DNA of 64,000 bases, taken from assembly GCA_963733195.1 (NCBI GenBank), contig CAVTCR010000050.1, positions 208,329-272,328 on the forward strand. Reading direction: 5' to 3'. Positions 29,534 through 40,223 of the stretch are shown piece by piece. The DNA is from an uncultured delta proteobacterium. GTDB lineage: Bacteria; Desulfobacterota; Binatia; Bin18. Made by a program: the position numbers and the translations under genes. The notes under the pieces are model-generated. The model searched no databases, was not told the DNA's origin, and saw nothing but the letters and a program-made list of their open reading frames with translations. Position 1 is the first letter of the stretch. Every line of letters starts with the position of its first letter.

Positions 29534-31861
29534 ATGAATACCCAACCACGTGAGAGTTCCTGGCACTCCACGGCGTGCATTATTTGCTATGTCAACTGTG
29601 GAATCGAAGTGCAGACCGAAGGGCGCACCATCACTCGTGTCCGTGGCGACAAGGCGCATCCCAGTACGCAAGGCTACCTCTGCCAGAAAGTACAGCGTGT
29701 CAACTTCTATCAAAATCATGCCGATCGTTTGACTACACCCTTACGGCGACGCACGGATGGAAGTTTCGAGGCGATCGACTGGGACACAGCACTAACGGAG
29801 ATTGCCCAACGCTTGAATCAGCTTCGCAAGCAGTATGGTGGGCAAGCATTTGCCTTCTACGGCGGCGGCGGACAAGGGAATCATCTGGGCGGTGCTTACG
29901 GTGTGTCGCTCATGCGAGCGATGGGCTCAAACAATTATTACAGTGCCCTCTCACAAGAGAAGACTGGCGACTTTTGGGTGAATGGGTTTCTTTTCGGTGC
30001 ACAGAACGTCCACACAGCGGAAGATGTCGAGCATTGTGATTTGCTGGTTGTTCTTGGCTGTAATCCGTGGATGGCCCATGGCTTCCGCAATGCGCGTAAC
30101 CTCATCAACGAGATCAAGCATGATCCACAACGTCATTTGTTAGTGATTGATCCTCGTCGCACAGAGGTCGCTGAGGTCGCAGACCTGCATCTGCAGCTCC
30201 GTCCTGGTACCGATGCATTTCTTCTTGGAGCGATTCTATCTTTGATTCTCCGTCGCGGTGGTGAAGCGGCAGATTTTCTTGCCTCGCACACGGTAGGATT
30301 TGACGAAGTGCGTGGGGCTTTGCTCACGATTCCAGTCGATGGCTGGATACGCCATGCCGGAGTGGAACGTGTAGATGTCGAGCGGGCAGTAGATATGATT
30401 CTGGCTGCCCAGGCGATGACGGTGCGGGTCGAGCTTGGCATCCAGCAAGGCTGCAATTCGACGCTCAATTCGTACTTAGAAAAACTTCTTTTCTTGTTAA
30501 CTGGCAACTTCGGTCGCAAAGGTACGAACAACTTGCACTCGTGGTTACAGCCGTTGTGGGGGAATTCACGAGGGGAGCGTTCAACGGTCACTGGACAAGA
30601 ACAAATCGGCGGCTTGTACCCTCCCAATCGTTTACCTGCCGAAATCTTGTCCGACCACCCAGATCGCCTGCGAGCGATGTGGGTCGATAGCTCGAATCCG
30701 CTCAACACCGCTGCCAATACCAAGGCGGTGGAAGAAGCGTTCCAGGCACTCGACCTTACGGTCGTTGTTGATGTTGCGCTGACCGAGACTGCCGCCCTCG
30801 CCCACTACGTTCTGCCGGCAGCTTCACAGTACGAAAAATGGGAATACACTCTCTTCACCTTCGAGTTTCCCACCAACTATATCCACCTGCGGGCACCGTT
30901 ATTCGAGCCCTTACCGGGTACGCTGCCTGAACCAGAGATCTACACCCGCTTACTACGGAAGATGGGAGATCTTCCCTCGGACGCTGAATTGGCAGAACTA
31001 CGCACGCTAGCAGGCGGAAACCGCCGAGAGTTTATGCAACAGTTCACTACATTTCTTGGTAGCCGTCGTGGGCTCAGTGCGATTGCACCCGCGGTTCTCT
31101 ACGAAACCTTAGGACGGACTTTTGCCGATGGTTCTGGAACTGCCTCGCTGTTGTGGTTGGCCTCGCATCGCCTTGCCACCGAACAGCCTGAGGCTGTCCG
31201 CGCAACCGGACTCCGTGGTGAAGGATTCACTCTTGGTGAGGCACTGTTCGAGAAGATTCGCACCGGTCACTCAGGTGTAGCATTTAGCGCACATACCTAC
31301 GATCAGGTGTGGAGCCTAATGAAACACAAAGATCGCAAAATTCATCTTGCGATTCCGCAGTTGCTTGATTGGCTGAAGTCCCTCACTCCAGAGCAAGACG
31401 CTATCAACCCCGCCTATCCATTTATGCTCATCGCTGGCCAGCGGCGTTCCTACAACGCTAATCAGATCTTTCGTACTCCGGCTTGGCGCAAGAATGATCC
31501 AGATGGAGCACTGCGTATTCATCCTAACGACATCGCTAGAGTTGGAGCAAAAGATGGTGGTTGGATAGCGGTCGAGACCAGTACCGGTCGTCTGAACGTA
31601 CGAGTCGAAGCTGATGATTCGTTGCGGTTAGGTGTCGTTGCCCTCCCCCACGGCTACGGGCAAGCGTATCCCTCAGGGGAGGAACGGCTCACAAATGGTC
31701 CGCGTATCAATCAGATCACCTCAAGCGATCATTGCGACCCAATCGCCGCTACGCCGTATCACAAGAATGTCCCCGTGCGACTCGTCCCCCTTACCGGACC
31801 AGAAGCCGAGCGTGCAGAAGAGCTGTCGAAGCGGGCAAAACTAGTTGAGGCTACGCAATAA
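29534..31861 (+). CDS. Molybdopterin-dependent oxidoreductase (DMSO reductase superfamily), no Tat signal
   Basis: N-terminal CIICYVNCG...YLC Fe-S motif; IDPRRTE, PGTD, VLPAASQYE, LPHGYG. Confidence 0.9.
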   Translation: MNTQPRESSWHSTACIICYVNCGIEVQTEGRTITRVRGDKAHPSTQGYLCQKVQRVNFYQNHADRLTTPLRRRTDGSFEAIDWDTALTEIAQRLNQLRKQYGGQAFAFYGGGGQGNHLGGAYGVSLMRAMGSNNYYSALSQEKTGDFWVNGFLFGAQNVHTAEDVEHCDLLVVLGCNPWMAHGFRNARNLINEIKHDPQRHLLVIDPRRTEVAEVADLHLQLRPGTDAFLLGAILSLILRRGGEAADFLASHTVGFDEVRGALLTIPVDGWIRHAGVERVDVERAVDMILAAQAMTVRVELGIQQGCNSTLNSYLEKLLFLLTGNFGRKGTNNLHSWLQPLWGNSRGERSTVTGQEQIGGLYPPNRLPAEILSDHPDRLRAMWVDSSNPLNTAANTKAVEEAFQALDLTVVVDVALTETAALAHYVLPAASQYEKWEYTLFTFEFPTNYIHLRAPLFEPLPGTLPEPEIYTRLLRKMGDLPSDAELAELRTLAGGNRREFMQQFTTFLGSRRGLSAIAPAVLYETLGRTFADGSGTASLLWLASHRLATEQPEAVRATGLRGEGFTLGEALFEKIRTGHSGVAFSAHTYDQVWSLMKHKDRKIHLAIPQLLDWLKSLTPEQDAINPAYPFMLIAGQRRSYNANQIFRTPAWRKNDPDGALRIHPNDIARVGAKDGGWIAVETSTGRLNVRVEADDSLRLGVVALPHGYGQAYPSGEERLTNGPRINQITSSDHCDPIAATPYHKNVPVRLVPLTGPEAERAEELSKRAKLVEATQ

Positions 31862-31976
31862 AAAACACTCAGCCCTTCGTACCGCACCCAGGGGAACCTA
31901 GCTTTCCAGAGATGAACGCCGCACAAGCGCTGGGAGTGATAGGGCGATGAACATCAAAGGAAACGCAAAAAGAGGC

Positions 31977-32024
31977 TTGACGTCACAGGCTTTATGCTTA
32001 TACTGTCTATCGACGATTAACGAT
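31977..32024 (+). promoter_or_regulatory. Sigma70-type promoter plus ArsR-type operator
   Basis: TTGACG-16nt-TATACT, then palindrome ATCG-N8-CGAT (32009-32024). Confidence 0.55.
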
Positions 32025-32042
32025 GAACAATGGAACTAAACC

Positions 32043-32318
32043 GTGAATCCTAGAGCAGCCAACGAAGAGCTGAGTGTGATATGTAAAGCGTTGGCACATC
32101 CCGTGCGAGTGCGGATCCTGCAAATTCTACTGGAACGCCAATGTCTGTGTGGTGACGTAGTGAATGCTCTACCTTTGGCACAGTCTACGGTGTCAGAGCA
32201 TCTCAGAATCCTCAAAGGAGCGGGACTAATCTATGATGAAGCCGACGGCCCGCGGCGCTCGTATTACGTCAATCAGCGGCTCTTGGAGCGGTTCAAGAGG
32301 ATGATCGCCGCACTGTAA
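32043..32318 (+). CDS. ArsR/SmtB family repressor
   Basis: KALAHPVRVRIL, CLCGDVV, LAQSTVSEHLRILK. Confidence 0.88.
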   Translation: MNPRAANEELSVICKALAHPVRVRILQILLERQCLCGDVVNALPLAQSTVSEHLRILKGAGLIYDEADGPRRSYYVNQRLLERFKRMIAAL

Positions 32319-32395
32319 AATTTTTTGCACCGTTACTTACTGAACTGATCGATTATGAGGAGTTCTGTGGGCTACGCACAGCGAAGGCTGCGTAG

Positions 32396-33493
32396 ATGAA
32401 AAGAACAAACGTAGTAGGAAAGATTGGTGAAGCAGTAGCTATGACACAAACGTTGCAACTCATTACCAACAACAAGCACACACATGAAGAACTGCCCGTG
32501 CTGACAACCGACGTGAACGCTGAGGTTGGACTGCTTGACGCCTATTCCCAGGCAGTTATCAGGGCGGCAGAGAAAGTGAGTCCGGCAGTCGTCAGTATTG
32601 AAGTGCACAAGTCGGTGAGAAATGGGCCGACGCCTGGTTCGCGCCCGTCCCCGGGGATGCACGGGAACGGCTCTGGGTTCATCTTTACGCCGGACGGGTT
32701 TGTTCTCACTAATAGTCATGTCGTGCATGATGCGAGCAAGATCGAAGTGGCATTAACCGACGGTCATCGGTTTCAAGCCGAGTTAGTCGGTGATGATCCG
32801 GATACTGACCTGGCGGTGATCAGAATCGCAGGACCGAACTTCATGGCCGCCCAGCTTGGGAACTCACAGGCACTGCGGGTGGGCCAATTAGTCGTTGCCC
32901 TGGGCAATCCCTATGGGTTCCAATGCACGGTGACTGCCGGGGTGGTTAGTGCATTGGGACGTTCCCTACGGGCGCAGTCCGGGCGCTTGATCGACAACCT
33001 CATTCAGACCGATGCAGCCCTTAACCCCGGCAATTCAGGCGGTCCACTAGTCACGTCACGAGGCGAGGTCATCGGCGTCAATACGGCGGTGATTCTGCCG
33101 GCCCAAGGGATTTGTTTCGCTATCGCCATGAGCACGGCGCAGTTTGTCGCGGCACGGTTGATCAAAGATGGGAAAGTCCGTAGGAGCTATATTGGAGTAG
33201 GAGGGCAGAATGTGACCTTGCCCCGTCGCGTGGTGCGCTTCCACAACCTCTTGACCGAGAGTGGGGTCCTGGTCGTTTCGCTGGAGCCAAACAGCCCCGC
33301 GCAACGGGCTGGCGTTCGTGAAGGCGATGTCATCGTCGGGTATGGCCGCCACGTCATTGCTAGCATTGATGACTTGCAGCGACTGATGACCGAGGAGCAG
33401 GTGGGAGTGCGCTCAGAGATCACCTTGCTGCGACGCGGTGAGAAGTTGGAACTCTCAATCGTGCCAGAAGAATCGAAGAGGGTGAGAGGATAG
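32396..33493 (+). CDS. HtrA/DegP-like trypsin protease with one PDZ domain
   Basis: TNSHV, DLAV, QTDAALNPGNSGGPL; PDZ SPAQRAGVREGD. Confidence 0.92.
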   Translation: MKRTNVVGKIGEAVAMTQTLQLITNNKHTHEELPVLTTDVNAEVGLLDAYSQAVIRAAEKVSPAVVSIEVHKSVRNGPTPGSRPSPGMHGNGSGFIFTPDGFVLTNSHVVHDASKIEVALTDGHRFQAELVGDDPDTDLAVIRIAGPNFMAAQLGNSQALRVGQLVVALGNPYGFQCTVTAGVVSALGRSLRAQSGRLIDNLIQTDAALNPGNSGGPLVTSRGEVIGVNTAVILPAQGICFAIAMSTAQFVAARLIKDGKVRRSYIGVGGQNVTLPRRVVRFHNLLTESGVLVVSLEPNSPAQRAGVREGDVIVGYGRHVIASIDDLQRLMTEEQVGVRSEITLLRRGEKLELSIVPEESKRVRG

Positions 33494-33710
33494 GTCTTTC
33501 GTAGAACAAGCTACTGTCTGTTCACGCAAAAAGATCAGCCTTTACTATTATCTCTCGATGTGGCCAGGTCAGCCCGAAAAAAACGAGAACCGTGGCCGCT
33601 GCGAATACGTGCAGGAGGCGTTCGTACCGATCGGCCTCCTCCAAGTATCCATCTCATCCGTTGTGATCACCTTATCTCTACTGCATTCTTCTTTACCTGT
33701 GCCGCACCTT

Positions 33711-35141
33711 TTAGAACCAGAACCGCATCTCCCAGCTCGTGAAGTGGACTGTTCTGCTCGGGCCGGTGTCCGCGATGAACGCCCCGGGGTGGAACTGGGA
33801 GTATGCGATCAGGAAATCGAGAGTGCGGTCGTGCTCGTAGGTGAGCACGACCTCCGCCTGGACGCCGATGTAGCGGGCGCGTGAGCCTCCGTCGCCGCGG
33901 AGCAGATTACCAGCAACATCGTAGATGCCATCGTCTAAGCTTTCCCGCCAGTAGAACGGCGCCGCACCTTCAAGCTTCCACCCACTGCCGAAATCAAAAC
34001 CGATCGACGGGTGCAGGTTGATGAGATTGTAGGGACCGAGCAGCGACAGCTCGCCGAAATACTTACCCTTCGGGAACAGGGCATTAAAGGTCTGGAGGTC
34101 AGGGTCATCCGGGTCGTCGTCGCCGCTGATGATGTTAGCCTTGAGGCCCAGGCGCGGCGTAAAGAGAAGGGCCTTAAAGGTATAACCTATGTCTGACGCG
34201 ACGGACCAGGCGCGGATGGTGCCGCCGTCGAAGTCGCCGAACTGGTAGAATGCTTCCCCATTCCACTCCCACACGCCGGCTTGACCGAAGAAACGTGTCC
34301 CCACCGTATGCCGGCGCTCGTTGCCGTTGCCCTGGTTGAAGGCCGCCCGATCGTTGTCGTACCCGATGTAATAGAGATCGACGCCGGTCTTCTTGCCGAA
34401 CGGCAGGGAGTGGGTCGCGTAGAGCGACCAGACTGCCTGGGTATTGTCCGTCTCGTCATCGAACTCACCGACATCGGCCGCGACCGGGCGGAAGTAGAAG
34501 GCATCGGCCCGCCACTCACCGACTTCGACGAAGCCTTTGATCCCGTCGAACGCCCGCAAGACGTTCGGGCCGTAACGGAGGCCGATGAGCCGCTCCGAAC
34601 CGTACGATAAGAGTTGGCGGCCGCCACGGAGGGTGAAGGCCGTGCCCGTGCCGAGTGGGAGCCGCAGGTCGGCAAAGCCCTGCAGGAGATCGAGACGGTC
34701 CTCGTCAACGGGACTCTCAACCGGCTCCACGCCATCGGCGAACGCGGCGATGAGTTGCCCGAACAGCCGTACGTGGGAGCCGAGGTGGAGGTCGGCCAGC
34801 GGCATGGCCCGGAGCCACAGGTAGCCGTCGTCGGGCTCTGAGGCTCCGCCCCACAGGTTGTTATGGTAATGCTCGTAGCGGGCGCGGAGTTCGAGACCAG
34901 TGGTAAGATAGACCTCCTGTATCCCCTTGGTCCCCGTGAGCGGGAGGTATTTGAACGGCTCCCACCAAGCGCCGGTGCGCGCCGCCGGATCGTGCAGATA
35001 GGCGTAGTCTTCCCCGTACCGAGTCGTACTCAGCGGCGGGGGCTGCGGTTGGGGTTCTTTGGCAGCGTGTGCCTGCGCGGCTGAAATGGCGAAAGCCGTA
35101 ACCGCCAGGACCCACAGAGCGACCAACACCCGCTGCATCAC
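33711..35141 (-). CDS. Alginate export family outer-membrane porin
   Basis: Signal peptide; RYGEDY, GRQLLSYGSERL, FNALFPKGKYFGE; aromatic C-terminus. Confidence 0.85.
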   Translation of the reverse strand: MMQRVLVALWVLAVTAFAISAAQAHAAKEPQPQPPPLSTTRYGEDYAYLHDPAARTGAWWEPFKYLPLTGTKGIQEVYLTTGLELRARYEHYHNNLWGGASEPDDGYLWLRAMPLADLHLGSHVRLFGQLIAAFADGVEPVESPVDEDRLDLLQGFADLRLPLGTGTAFTLRGGRQLLSYGSERLIGLRYGPNVLRAFDGIKGFVEVGEWRADAFYFRPVAADVGEFDDETDNTQAVWSLYATHSLPFGKKTGVDLYYIGYDNDRAAFNQGNGNERRHTVGTRFFGQAGVWEWNGEAFYQFGDFDGGTIRAWSVASDIGYTFKALLFTPRLGLKANIISGDDDPDDPDLQTFNALFPKGKYFGELSLLGPYNLINLHPSIGFDFGSGWKLEGAAPFYWRESLDDGIYDVAGNLLRGDGGSRARYIGVQAEVVLTYEHDRTLDFLIAYSQFHPGAFIADTGPSRTVHFTSWEMRFWF

Positions 35142-35180
35142 CGGCCGTCTGGTTAGACTCGTTCCCGTCGCCCCGCTGAT

Positions 35181-37136
35181 TCAGAACGCAAAACAGTCAC
35201 AGCCCGAGTCCCCAGCTTCCCAGCGGCTCTTGAAGCCACCGTTGCGCTTCCGTGCACCGAGAACGGCGCGCCGTCCCAGAGCAGCACACGCGTGCGGTAG
35301 CGGTTGTGGCGGCGCTCCACAGTAGCAGGTGTGTACCCACCGTACTTGGCAACCGGTGACCAGTCCGGGCTGACCGGTAAGTGAGGGCGGCGCAAGCTTC
35401 GAGAACTCGGCTGTGGCATACACGACTTTCCCTCCTACTAGGGTCAACACTGATTCAAGTCGTTTAATCTCTTCCTCGGGAATCGCAAAGTAATCGGCCG
35501 ACAGCACGGCGAGGTCCGCCAGTTGCCCCGGCACAATCGCCCCCTTCTTGCTCTCTTCACCCGAGAACCAACTGCTTCCAACCGTGTACAACCGCAAGGC
35601 GTCCATGCGCTCCAGGCGATTCGCCTCCGGATAGAGTGCGGTTCCACCGACGGTTTTGCCCGTAACGAGCCAGTAGAGTGACACGAACGGGTTGTGACTC
35701 GCCACTCGCGTGGCGTCGGTGCCGGCGCCCACCGGGACGCCCATCGCCAGCATCTTCCGAATCGGCGGCGCATCCTCTGCTGCCTTCCGTCCGTAGCGAT
35801 CCACGAAGTATTCACCCTGAAAGGCCATGCGATGCTGCACGGCGATACCGCCACCCAGCGCTTTCACCCGCTCGATATTGCGTTCGGTAATAGTCTCGGC
35901 AGTGGTCAAAGAACCACCGCAGACCGTTGAAGGGCACCTCGCGGTTGACCGCCTCAAAGACATTCAGCGCACGGGTGATAGTCTCGTCGTAGGTCGCGTG
36001 CAGGCGGAAGGGCCAGCGGTTCTTCGCGACAAGCGCAACGACCTCTTGCAGTTCAGACTCCATGACCGGCGCGAGATCGGGCCGCGGTTGCAGAAAGTCT
36101 TCAAAATCTGAGGCGGAGAAGACCAGCATCTCCCCGGCGCCGTTGACGCGGTAGAAGTCATCCCCCTCGCCGGGTTTCGTCATCTGTCACCCACTTGGCG
36201 AAATCCTCCCGCTCCTGCTTAGGGTGCTGGGTGAACAGGTTGTAGGCGGTGCGGACCGTGACCAACCCCTCACGGGCGAGCTCGCTGAACACCGCGTAGT
36301 CGTCAGGGTAGTACTGGGAGCCTCCGCCCGCATCAATGACGCTGGTGACGCCAAAGCGGTTGAGTTCCCGCATGAAGTGACGCGTGGAGTTGCGCTGGTT
36401 GGTCGGGCGGCAGTTTCGGCCCTTTGCCCAGGGTCGAGTAGAGAATCGTTGCGTTGGGTTTGGCGATGAGCAGGCCGGTCGGGTTTCCCGGCCTTATCAC
36501 GTTGAATCTCACCCCCCTGTGGCTCGGGCGTGTCTTTGGTGTAGCCCACCGCGCGGAGTGCCGCGCGGTTGAGCAGGGCACGATCGTACAGATGCAGAAT
36601 AAAGACTGGGGTATCCGGCGCTACTTGGTTGATCTCGTCTAGCGTGGGCAGGCGACGTTCAGCGAACTGGAACTCTGTCCAGCCGCCGACCACGCGCACC
36701 CACTGGCCAGGCGGCGTGCGTGCGCCTGTTCCTTCAGCATCCGCAGGCCATCCGCCAGCGAAGGGACGCCGTCCCAGCGTAACTCAAGGTTATAATTGAG
36801 CCCGCCGCGAATGAGATGAATATGGGAATCATTCAGCCCGGGGATGACGGTGCGACCGCCGACGTCAATCACCTGGGTCTGGTCGCCCTTGTGGGCCATC
36901 ACCTCTTGTTCACTTTCCACGGCCACAAAGCGACCGTCTTTGATCGCCACAGCTGTGGCAAATGACCGGCGCTCGTCCTGCGTGGCGATGCGACCGTTAA
37001 GGAGGATGAGATCGGCGTGGCTTGTAGCGGCGGGTGGTGTCGTCTCCGTCGCCCTACTTGTACTCCTCAATGCATACGAGAGCCCGGTCGCGGCTCCCAG
37101 TTTCAAGACAGACCTTCGTGTCCAGGTGTGTTTCAT
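35181..37136 (-). CDS. YtcJ-like amidohydrolase 3 with Tat-like signal; several frameshifts
   Basis: TRRSVLK, PGLNDSHIHLIRGG, RLHATYDE, GTDATRV, LADLAVL, terminal GCDCFAF, spread over several ORF pieces. Confidence 0.85.
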
Positions 37137-37229
37137 TGCCGACTCCTGTGCCCAGGGACGGTTTGCGTCTCCGTGTTTACCGATCTTTGCGGAGGGAACT
37201 TATCGCGGGTGGTCGCCTCCGGGATATTC

Positions 37230-37872
37230 TCAGCCGCGCTCTTCCTTCGGGTGCTGATAGAGCCATCCTGCCATGAGGCGGGTATAGTACGGCATGATCA
37301 TGTACGTCATTAAGCCTACGATCAGGGCTGAGATGAGCAGATTACTTATGCCCGGCAGGCCCAACGCCGGGACTGCCTGGAACAGCGGCCGTAGCACCCA
37401 CGGCACGAGAATGGTCAAAGGAAAGATCGCCGAGAGCGTGAGCAAGAATTGTTTGTACGGCTTGGCGTGCTTCTGCACCGATGGCGGGGTGAACCAGAAC
37501 TCTAACCCTGTCTTGATCTCCACCTGATCCCCGTGGACGAGCAGCGGCTCGACCTGGGCAAGCAGCGCTCGGCGGGTGTCCGAGGCCAGCCATGCTTGTG
37601 CGTGCTCCAGGGTGTCAAAGTGCAGCACAATCGTATACAGGCCAGTGCCTTCTGGCGGCCGGATGATGTTGGCCCCTTGATGCCCAGGGAAGCGTTGCGC
37701 GGTCGGGGTGATCTCACGGAGCCACAGCTTCATACTGCGCTTCCGCACCTGGTTTGACTTGGTGTTGGATAACAGAGGTCACCACGTCGGGATGGGGTAT
37801 CGAGTGCAGTGCGTCGCCTGGCGTAAGAGGTCGCGCATTCTCGGTCTCGGTCTGTGCGCCATGCTCGTGCAT
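37230..37872 (-). CDS. Antibiotic-biosynthesis-monooxygenase-like membrane protein (frameshift near 37725)
   Basis: VTSVIQHQVKPG, FPGHQG, AWLASDTR, GLEFWF, two TMs, MTYMIMP. Confidence 0.8.
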
Positions 37873-37890
37873 TGTTGTTTCCTTACGTCC

Positions 37891-38589
37891 TCAGGGCAGG
37901 TCAAACAGCAGAGCTTCCGCCGTGCTCTCCGTAACGAAGGTCAGAGATTCACCATCGGTGATGGCCACCCCATCCCCACTGTGGAGCGTTTGGGTGTTGA
38001 GGGTTAGGTCTCCCCGGGCAACGTGGAGGTAGCCCGTGCGGTTTGGCGCTAGCTTGTGCGTTACGGTATCGCCGGGTCGTAGCGTAGTCGCATACACGAA
38101 CGCATCCTGGTGGATGGTGACCGACCCGTCACGGCCATCGGGGGAAGCGACGAGGCGAAGCTGCCCGCGTGTGGCGGCTTCAGGGAAAGTCCGTTGCTCA
38201 TAACTTGGGGACAGCCTCGTCCGGTTGGGCAGCAACCAGATTTGCAGCAGGTGGAGGAGGTCGTTGGATGAAGGATTATATTCACTATGCGTGATTCCCG
38301 TGCCGGCACTCATGCGTTGCACATCGCCCGGATGGATCACGGACCCGTTGCCCAAGCTATCTTTATGCGCTAACGCTCCTTTGAGCACATAGGTGAGGAT
38401 CTCCATATCGCGATGCGAGTGGGGCGGAAAACCTTTGCCGGGCTGCACCCGGTCTTCATTGATCACGCGCAGAACGCTGACGCCCATGTGGGCTGGATCG
38501 TAATAGTCGGCAAAAGAAAAAGTATGGTAACTGTCGAGCCAGCCGTGCTGCGCATGGCCGCGCTCATGGGCTGATCGTAACGTAAGCAT
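37891..38589 (-). CDS. Pirin family protein (YhhW-like)
   Basis: [30 protein letters not shown]. Confidence 0.92.
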   Translation of the reverse strand: MLTLRSAHERGHAQHGWLDSYHTFSFADYYDPAHMGVSVLRVINEDRVQPGKGFPPHSHRDMEILTYVLKGALAHKDSLGNGSVIHPGDVQRMSAGTGITHSEYNPSSNDLLHLLQIWLLPNRTRLSPSYEQRTFPEAATRGQLRLVASPDGRDGSVTIHQDAFVYATTLRPGDTVTHKLAPNRTGYLHVARGDLTLNTQTLHSGDGVAITDGESLTFVTESTAEALLFDLP

Positions 38590-38670
38590 GGGTTTTCCCT
38601 TTTCGTGATCTGCTGTGTTTGCTTCTATCCCGCCTCTAGGCTCTATGGAGATGTACCTCTTCAGTCAACG

Positions 38671-39293
38671 CTACTTTTTGGCGAAGTAGCTCGTCATGAG
38701 ATTGCGGTAGTTCGGAATGTAGGTGGAGAACAGGGCGCCCAGACCCTCGATGTCATTGCGCCAGTCGCGATGCAACTCGCAGGCCACACCGAACCAGCTC
38801 ATCAGTTGCGCCCCCGCTGCCTCCATGCGCGACCAGGCCGCGTCACGCGTCACCTCATTGAAGGTGCCCGAGGCGTCGGTGACAACGAATACGTCAAAGC
38901 CCTCCTCAATGGCGGACAGGGCGGGGAAGGCCACACAGACTTCGGTCACCACGCCGGCAATGATCAACTGCTTGCGGCCGGTCTTCTTGATGGCGTTGAC
39001 GAAATCCTCGTTGTCCCAGGCGTTGATATTGCCGGGGCGCGCGATGTACGGCGCATCGGGGAACAGCTCCTTCAGTTCCGGCACCAGTGGGCCGTTGGGG
39101 CCGTTCTCAAAGCTGGTGGTCAGAATCGTGGGGAGCTTGAAATACTTGCCGACGCCGCGAGCGCCAGCACGTTGTTCTTGAACTCGCCTGGCGAAAAGTC
39201 CTGAACCAGCGAGATCAGGCCAGCCTGGTGATCCACCAGCAGGCAAGCAGCATTATCTTTGGCAAGGCGGTTGTACTTAAATGTTGCGTTCAT
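38671..39293 (-). CDS. ycaC: Isochorismatase-family cysteine hydrolase, YcaC-like (frameshifted near the 5' end)
   Basis: LLVDHQ, TTSFENGPNGPL, RPGNINAWDN, GVVTEVCVAFP, ELHRDWR. Confidence 0.88.
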
Positions 39294-39314
39294 AATAGGA
39301 CTCCTTTCTTGTCA

Positions 39315-39662
39315 TCAATTCTTTGCTCTGTTTTTGGTTGCATGCAGGGTGACAGCGGTAGTGGCGTCTGCGTTCTCGTCTTGCGAATCGGCGGACGTCT
39401 CGATCATCTGTTTGATAAAGAGCTGACAGCCTGTGAGAGAGACGCCAGGTTGATGTTTGAGGCGGCCCAGCAGTGCGGCGCTCGCTTCATCGAGCATGTG
39501 CAGGGCCGTAAGATCAATGACGACAGCGCGCCCCAAGCGAACCCGTACCTCGCGATAGATCTCTTCCAGCACGGGTACATCCTCACCTATAAGCGAGCCT
39601 TCGACACGGAGGATTGTGTGATTCCTCTCCGGGTCATCTGTTTGTGTTATCCGCACTGCCAT
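39315..39662 (-). CDS. Small STAS-like domain protein
   Basis: ILRVEGSL...VIDLTALHMLD pattern. Confidence 0.65.
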   Translation of the reverse strand: MAVRITQTDDPERNHTILRVEGSLIGEDVPVLEEIYREVRVRLGRAVVIDLTALHMLDEASAALLGRLKHQPGVSLTGCQLFIKQMIETSADSQDENADATTAVTLHATKNRAKN

Positions 39663-39698
39663 AGCGACACTTTCTCTCGTTGCATGGACCTATTGGAG

Positions 39699-39715
39699 AG
39701 CAAGTGGTGGGCCAA
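39699..39715 (-). promoter_or_regulatory. Sigma54 (-24/-12) promoter of the STAS-ycaC operon
   Basis: Minus strand TTGGCCCACCACTTGCT matches TGGC-N7-TTGC about 37 nt before the ATG. Confidence 0.75.
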
Positions 39716-39823
39716 GGGTACGCATCTTGTCGGCGCACGCGCTAAGTCATCGATGCGAAAGAAAAAAGAAGATAGGTCAGAGGGAAAAAGCCTCACGCCT
39801 GAAGCCAAGACGGCACGCCGCAA

Positions 39824-39856
39824 CGCGACATGGCGCGTCCGACGCGATATGTCGCG
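39824..39856. promoter_or_regulatory. Putative activator binding sites (UAS)
   Basis: Tandem CGCGACATGGCGCG and CGCGATATGTCGCG about 110-140 bp upstream of the sigma54 box. Confidence 0.5.
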
Positions 39857-40223
39857 GCGAGACTCGATAAGGATGACTGAACCAAAATAGGGCTGTCATT
39901 GCGAGATCCCCAGACAGAAGCGCTGCAGAGCACTCATGCGCAATAAGCAGAACAAGGGGCACGGTCCTGTCCGTCATGTCCAGCGTACCCCGCGTTCGTC
40001 CCGAGACCTGTCAGGCTACCGGAGTGGTATTCAGTTTTCATCTCCTGGATTCCGGGTCTCGCTGATGGTCTTGCCCGGAATGACGGGCGTGCCATCTTCG
40101 TGTTCCGCGCAAGCTAAATCCAGGGGCGAGTGGTAGGCTTTTGTTTCTGAACAGGAGCAGCGCGACGAAGCAATCTTTGCCTACAAGAATTGATGAACCC
40201 ATCAAAATCATGTGGACCGAGTA

